DNA of 20,792 nucleotides from Hormoscilla sp. (GTDB lineage Bacteria > Cyanobacteriota > Cyanobacteriia > Cyanobacteriales > Desertifilaceae): contig JBFRWI010000137.1 of assembly GCA_051439505.1 (NCBI GenBank), positions 1 to 20,792 on the forward strand. The letters run 5' to 3'. Positions 15,995 to 20,792 of the stretch are shown one piece after another. Both the position numbers and the translations under genes were made by a program. Within the stretch, counting starts at the first letter, position 1. Each line of letters begins with the position of its first letter. The notes under the pieces are model-generated. The model was not told where the DNA came from, made no database searches, and saw only the letters and a program-made list of their open reading frames with translations.

Positions 15995-16317
15995 CAAATT
16001 ATCGGCAGATTATGGAACGCATCTTAACCGAGTATTCTCTAATACCCTATTCCTTCGGAGAACTGGAAAGAAAGTTAATCATCGATCGGAACTCAAACCA
16101 TTACCTACTGATGACCGTAGGGTGGGAAAGAAAAAAACGAGCACACGGCTGTTTGGTTCATCTGGAAATAATAGACGGTAAAATTTGGGTTCAACGAGAT
16201 GGTACGGAAGATGGCATCGCCACCGAATTGGTAGCAGCAGGCATTCCCAAAGACAGCATCGTTCTGGCGTTCCATCCTCCCTATGTTCGGCCCCATACCG
16301 AGTTTGCCGTGGGTTGA
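15982..16317 (+). CDS. xisI: XisI family protein
   Basis: 'MDTL..YRQI...IL.EY', 'D....HYLLM.VGW....R.HGCLVHLEI.DGKIWVQRDGTEDGIA.ELV.AGIPKD.IVLAFHPP..R..TEFAV'. Confidence 0.95.
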   Translation: MDTLANYRQIMERILTEYSLIPYSFGELERKLIIDRNSNHYLLMTVGWERKKRAHGCLVHLEIIDGKIWVQRDGTEDGIATELVAAGIPKDSIVLAFHPPYVRPHTEFAVG

Positions 16318-16386
16318 TGCAAAAACGCGATCGCCCGACCGTTGGGTAAGTAGCGGAAACCCAACCCTACCATACTTATTGCCAAC

Positions 16387-16449
16387 GGGCAAACACTAAA
16401 GTGTTTACTACGAACCCAAGGGGCAAACACTTTAGTGTTTATTACGAAC
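16387..16449. repeat. Two 29-bp direct repeats with an internal hairpin (gggcaaacact(aa/tt)agtgttta(c/t)tacgaac)
   Basis: Copies at 16387-16415 and 16421-16449; preceded by the REP-like gttgggtaagtagcggaaacccaaccctac at 16341-16370. Confidence 0.75.
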
Positions 16450-16513
16450 GGTGCGATCGGCCTTTGTCCATGACCTGCTAACATATAGTTATTAACCTCA
16501 AATAGATGCCATC

Positions 16514-16729
16514 ATGCTTGTAACTGAATTAATGCCAGTCATTCGAGAGTTATCCCGCGAAGAGAAGCTACAGCTTATGGAATTTATCCAGTCCGAACTC
16601 GAACAAGAAGATATAATGCCGTTCCAACCTGGAGTCAGTTATCCAGTTTGGTCCCCTTCTGAGGCCCATGAAGCTGCCCATATCCTGTCAAAGATGCTAG
16701 CAGAACATCATCAAGCTAAAGATGCTTAA
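16514..16729 (+). CDS. Small hypothetical (antitoxin-like) protein
   Basis: 71 aa 'L..ELMP.IRELSR.EKLQL.EF..SEL...YPVWSP..A.EAA..L..ML'; overlaps a downstream ATG at 16722, as in a translationally coupled pair. Confidence 0.65.
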   Translation: MLVTELMPVIRELSREEKLQLMEFIQSELEQEDIMPFQPGVSYPVWSPSEAHEAAHILSKMLAEHHQAKDA

Positions 16730-16869
16730 TTCACAAATATTCTCTTTCCTGCCAAAGTCCGATCGGTCGATCGCCCGTACTGCGCGTTCCCTTGATAATT
16801 GGTTCCCCGCTGATAATTTCACTATCCTTGACAATGTAACAATGTTCCGTTGCTTGGAGCATATTACCT

Positions 16870-17946
16870 CTACTTTACCCCGATCGCCCGTTGCTTTTCT
16901 TCATATTGTAGCACCCGATCGTACTCTCCCAGGGCATTACATGCTAATATCAAGCTATTGAGAGTTTGTCCCGCCAACCGCCGGTCTTGCAATTGCTCCG
17001 CTACCTGCAACCTTTGTTCGTAATACCTGGCTGCCGTGGCATATTTCCCCAAACTGTCGTAAACTACTGCTAGAGCACCTAATGCCTGCTCTTCCCACCG
17101 CCAGTCTTGCAGTTCCTTGGCGACTTCCAACCGCTGATCGTAGTAGTATATTGCTCGATCGTAATCCCCCAAGGTTTGGCAAGTATTTCCCAAGTTTCTC
17201 AGGATCTGTCCTGCCATTTTCCCGTTCGATATCTCTCTCGCTAGCTGCCACACTTGCTCGTAATATGCGATCGCCCGCTCGTACTCTCCCAAGGCGTAGT
17301 AAGCATTTCCCAAGTTTCTGAGAATTTGCCCTTCCCTGGCCCGATCGCCCAAGCTCTCCACTGCCGACAAGCTCAACTTCTGGTATTCTATAGTCCGGGG
17401 CAAATCGGACATCGCCTTATATACCAGTCCCAGATTATTCAGCGCTGCCACTTCCAGCCCTTTATCATCCAATTTCTGGGCTATACTTAAACTCTGCTCC
17501 TGACAGTCGATCGCCCGATCGTATGCTTCCAGATGACGATAGCCATTCCCCAACAGTCCCAACCCATGTGCTTCCATCCGCTGGTCTCGCAGTTCTTGCG
17601 CGATGTCCAGTCGCTGCTGCTGGTAGGCGATCGCCCCCTCATAGTTCCCCTCACTGTAGCAGACATTACTCAGATGGCAGAGGACAACTGCGACCCCCGA
17701 CTGATTTTCTAGTTGCCTATAGATGCTCAATGCTTGTTGCCAACCTGCTTTCGCACTATCCCATTCTCGCCGGGACTGCTGCTCTTTTCCTTGCTCCATC
17801 AACTGGTCTGCCAATGTTTGCAGCACCGATGGATCTGCCGACCCCCCCACCATATCCATCTGCTCCCCTGGCACCATCGTTTCCCGTTCCGACTGACTTA
17901 ATTGCTCCATTCGCCAAAGCTCCATTTGCCTACTCTTCCTTGTCAT
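16870..17946 (-). CDS. Tetratricopeptide-repeat protein (40-aa period, MalT/TPR_12-like)
   Basis: About seven repeats 'L.NLGN.Y..LG.Y.RAI.YY.Q.L..A.EL.D'. Confidence 0.9.
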   Translation of the reverse strand: MTRKSRQMELWRMEQLSQSERETMVPGEQMDMVGGSADPSVLQTLADQLMEQGKEQQSRREWDSAKAGWQQALSIYRQLENQSGVAVVLCHLSNVCYSEGNYEGAIAYQQQRLDIAQELRDQRMEAHGLGLLGNGYRHLEAYDRAIDCQEQSLSIAQKLDDKGLEVAALNNLGLVYKAMSDLPRTIEYQKLSLSAVESLGDRAREGQILRNLGNAYYALGEYERAIAYYEQVWQLAREISNGKMAGQILRNLGNTCQTLGDYDRAIYYYDQRLEVAKELQDWRWEEQALGALAVVYDSLGKYATAARYYEQRLQVAEQLQDRRLAGQTLNSLILACNALGEYDRVLQYEEKQRAIGVK

Positions 17947-18130
17947 CTGGAGAAGCTGCCCGATCGCTCCTATCCGGACTCCTGCTATTCATTTCCCCAC
18001 CTTATCTTTTCTTCTCGCCCTCATTCTTCCGCAATTTCCCCGATATTTGCTAACTTTTCTTAAATTTTTCCGACGGCATCTCTACTTGATAGCATCCGCA
18101 TCTATTTTTGTCAAGCAAAAGGAAAAGATG

Positions 18131-18160
18131 TTGACAAAAATAGCTCCCATCTGAGATTAT
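18131..18160 (+). promoter_or_regulatory. Possible sigma70 promoter of the RTX-type gene
   Basis: TTGACA at 18131-18136, an 18-nt spacer, then TGn-GATTAT; RBS AAGGAG before the ATG at 18212. Confidence 0.4.
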
Positions 18161-18211
18161 GCCACAAGTGCAGACTAGAATCACGATCGATTAAAAGGAG
18201 AAAAATCAGAT

Positions 18212-20512
18212 ATGCTCGTCGAGTTAGAGAATGCTGGCTTTGAGGCGATCGCCCTCCCTGAAAGCGAATTTACTAACGAACCGCCACCGGGTTGGGAGTT
18301 ATACAACCCGGATGGTTTGGTGCCGGATCGTCCCACAGATAGCAGTTCCGCTACGGGGACTTTTAATGCCGACGCCGAGGCTTTTCCAGGAGAAGCACCA
18401 GAAGGGGAAAATACAGGATATGTATTTATCGTAGAAGAACCGGGCACCGGTGTGGCGGGTTTGAGCCAAACAACTTCTACTGTCCTGGCACCCAATACCC
18501 AGTATACCTTGCAGGTGGCAGTGGGCAATTCAGCAGGAACAGAAACGGGGGAGGGCTCAGATGAGTTTGACTTAACAGGTTTTCCAGGCTATCTGGTAGA
18601 ATTGCTCGCCGGAGAACGAGCGATCGCAGCAGACTACAACACTGTTACTATTGCAGAAGGAACGTTTGCCACTTCGACAGTCACCTTTACGACAGGAGGA
18701 AAGAACCCCCTATTGGGAGAAAATTTGTCGGCCCGTCTCATTAACCGGGGAAACGCTGGGGTGGTAGTTGACTTTGATGACGTGCAGTTGAACGCAGAAG
18801 CAGTTGAAGAAGATCGCCCCAATATCTTCATAGAAAATGCAGGCTTTGAGGCGATAATAGTCCGAGACGGTGCCGCTTTGAACGATCCGCCTCCGGGTTG
18901 GGAATTATACGATCCAGACGGTCTGGTGCCAGATGTGATAACCAGCAGCAATTCCGAGGTGGGTACCTTTAATGCCGATACAATAGCTTATCCCACAGAA
19001 GCCCCAGAAGGAGAAAATGTGGGATATACCTTTATCCTGGAAGAACCGGGTAGTGGCGTTTTAGGTTTAAGTCAAACTCTAGGCGCTGTCCTGGAACCGA
19101 ACACCGAGTACAGTTTGCAGGTGCAAGTCGGCAATGCTGGAAATACAGTACCAGGGGATGAGGTGGTCTTTGACTTAGCAGGTTTTCCAGGCTATCGGGT
19201 AGAATTACTCGCAGGTGAAGAAGTCCTGGCAGTTGATGACAATAGTCTGACTATCGAGGAGGGAACTTTTGCAACTTCAACAGTTACCTTTACCACTGCG
19301 ACTGATAATCCCCTGTTGGGAGAAAATCTGTCCATTCGCCTGATTAACCTTCTGGAAGATTCTGCTATTGCCGTTGACTTTGATGAGGTGCAGTTAACCG
19401 CAGAACCAGTTAACCCTGACGATCGCCCCAATATTACCATCGAAAATGCCGGGTTTGAGGCGATCGCCCTCCCTGACGGCGACTTTACCATCGAACCCCC
19501 GCCGGGTTGGGAACTATACAACCCCGATGGTTTAGTGCCAGAAACAGTAACTGATACAACTTCAACAGTGGGTACTTTTGATGCTGGGACAGTTAACTAT
19601 CCCGAAGAAGCACCAGAAGGGGAAAATGGTGGATATGTATTTCTCCTGGACGAACCGGGTAGCGGCGTGGCGGGTTTAACCCAGACTTTAGATACTCGTC
19701 TCGCACCGAACCGGCGATATACTTTGCAAGTGGAGGTAGGCAATACTGGAGGTACAGAAACAGGGGATGAACTAGAGTTTAACTTCGCTGGGTTTCCTGG
19801 CTATCGGGTAGAATTACTCGCAGGTGAAGAAGTCCTGGCAGTTGATGACAATAGTCTGACTATCGAAGAGGGAACCTTTGCCACTTCAACAGTAACCTTT
19901 ACTGCTACTGCTGATAATCCCCTGTTGGGAGAAAACCTGTCCATTCGCCTGATTAACATTCTGGAAGGTCCGGGAATAGAAGTAGATTTCGATCGCGTGC
20001 AGTTGACCTCTGCACCGGTAATGCCGCCTCCAGGAAATCCCATCGTCGGAACTCCAGGGCCCGATCGCCTACGCGGCACTCGCAGAAATGATGCTATCTT
20101 TGGTCAAGGTGGGGACGATCGCCTGTTTGCTGGTCCGGGTAACGACATGCTTGATGGCGGTCAGGGCAATGACATTTTATTTGGCGGACCTGGCAATGAT
20201 ACCCTGATTGGTGGTATGGGTCGAGATATTCTGATTGGTGGCAGTGAAAGCGATACCTTTGTTCTGGACGCCAACGCCGCAGTTACCAGTCCGCGTATGG
20301 CCGATCGGATCGTAGCTTTTCAGGTGAATTTGGTCGATCCTTCTACCCCGATCGATCGCATCGGACTTGCGGGAGGATTAACTCCAGCAGACCTGAGTCT
20401 AGACTTGAATAATGGCAACACTATTATCTCCATTGCCGAGACAGACCAAATCTTAGGTATTGTGGCAGATGTCGCGCCCGATCGGCTAATGGGACGCTTC
20501 GTTTCCGTATAA
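18212..20512 (+). CDS. Acidic protein with three ~200-aa beta-rich repeats and C-terminal RTX (hemolysin-type Ca-binding) repeats; probable type I secretion substrate
   Basis: Three 'ENAGFE...PPPGWELY.PDG...GL.QT...PN..Y.LQV.VGN...VDFD.VQL' domains; GGxGxDxL nonapeptides at ~20100-20260; no Sec signal peptide. Confidence 0.88.
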   Translation: MLVELENAGFEAIALPESEFTNEPPPGWELYNPDGLVPDRPTDSSSATGTFNADAEAFPGEAPEGENTGYVFIVEEPGTGVAGLSQTTSTVLAPNTQYTLQVAVGNSAGTETGEGSDEFDLTGFPGYLVELLAGERAIAADYNTVTIAEGTFATSTVTFTTGGKNPLLGENLSARLINRGNAGVVVDFDDVQLNAEAVEEDRPNIFIENAGFEAIIVRDGAALNDPPPGWELYDPDGLVPDVITSSNSEVGTFNADTIAYPTEAPEGENVGYTFILEEPGSGVLGLSQTLGAVLEPNTEYSLQVQVGNAGNTVPGDEVVFDLAGFPGYRVELLAGEEVLAVDDNSLTIEEGTFATSTVTFTTATDNPLLGENLSIRLINLLEDSAIAVDFDEVQLTAEPVNPDDRPNITIENAGFEAIALPDGDFTIEPPPGWELYNPDGLVPETVTDTTSTVGTFDAGTVNYPEEAPEGENGGYVFLLDEPGSGVAGLTQTLDTRLAPNRRYTLQVEVGNTGGTETGDELEFNFAGFPGYRVELLAGEEVLAVDDNSLTIEEGTFATSTVTFTATADNPLLGENLSIRLINILEGPGIEVDFDRVQLTSAPVMPPPGNPIVGTPGPDRLRGTRRNDAIFGQGGDDRLFAGPGNDMLDGGQGNDILFGGPGNDTLIGGMGRDILIGGSESDTFVLDANAAVTSPRMADRIVAFQVNLVDPSTPIDRIGLAGGLTPADLSLDLNNGNTIISIAETDQILGIVADVAPDRLMGRFVSV

Positions 20513-20580
20513 TTGAGTTAAGCTATGGTTCATCTCGAAGGCATTGATGTCAGCTGATTGCTGTTGCCCAAACCTGCAAA

Positions 20581-20602
20581 GGGTGGGCGGTGCCCACCCT
20601 AC
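20581..20602 (-). repeat. GTAG-type REP-like palindrome
   Basis: gggtgggcggtgcccaccctac. Confidence 0.8.
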
Positions 20603-20690
20603 TAAATTCTCTAGTGACCAGGGTCTCCCGGGTCACTCCCGGTTGAGGTTCCCGCCTCCTGGCCTGGGTGTGGTCAAAAGTAGTTGTAAG

Positions 20691-20769
20691 GGATCCCCCC
20701 CAAACCCCCCCTTCCAAAAGGGGGGGCCTTCCTGAAGCCCCCCTTTTTAAGGGGGGTTTGGGGGGATCC
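20691..20769. repeat. G/C-run palindromic cyanobacterial repeat
   Basis: ggatcccccccaaaccccccctt ... aaggggggtttggggggatcc with internal CCCCCCTT..AAGGGGGG hairpins. Confidence 0.8.
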
Positions 20770-20792
20770 GGCGACTGGGAGGGCCGCCCGAA

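Noticed and set aside
16387..16449. CRISPR-like 29-bp palindromic repeats
   Set aside because: Only two copies separated by 5 bp, with no spacers and no cas genes
1303..20079. Numerous short antisense or alternate-frame ORFs overlapping the long genes
   Set aside because: They are shadow ORFs of well-supported genes with no independent coding evidence

Overview
Cyanobacterial chromosomal segment, probably from a filamentous, repeat-rich lineage. I counted at least 23 perfect HIP1 GCGATCGC octamers by eye, along with typical cyanobacterial palindromic repeat families. There are only two core anchors, tRNA-Val(GAC) at 5236-5309 and purB at 10181-11476. The remaining genes are accessory: a protein with unrecognised ~60-63 aa repeats and a C-terminal TPR-like region, a GT-C-type membrane glycosyltransferase, a secreted DUF6209-like protein behind a structured 5' leader, a pentapeptide-repeat protein, a membrane-anchored GUN4-domain protein, a COP23 protein upstream of a double-trypsin/TPR protease, a TPR protein, and an RTX-type protein with three ~200-aa repeats. 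The main pattern is about seven small two-gene toxin-antitoxin-like modules between 5.6 and 16.8 kb. Two are intact and five appear broken, mostly through loss of the putative toxin/enzyme. They are interleaved with several families of REP/MITE-like palindromes, and one family shows compensatory base changes. Other leads are an alternatively pairing leader RNA, an adenine-depleted GUN4 3' end resembling a DGR variable region, a duplicated tRNA promoter, and a chimeric RTX repeat. I saw no integrase, transposase, reverse transcriptase or CRISPR array. All family assignments are from motif recognition, not database searches.
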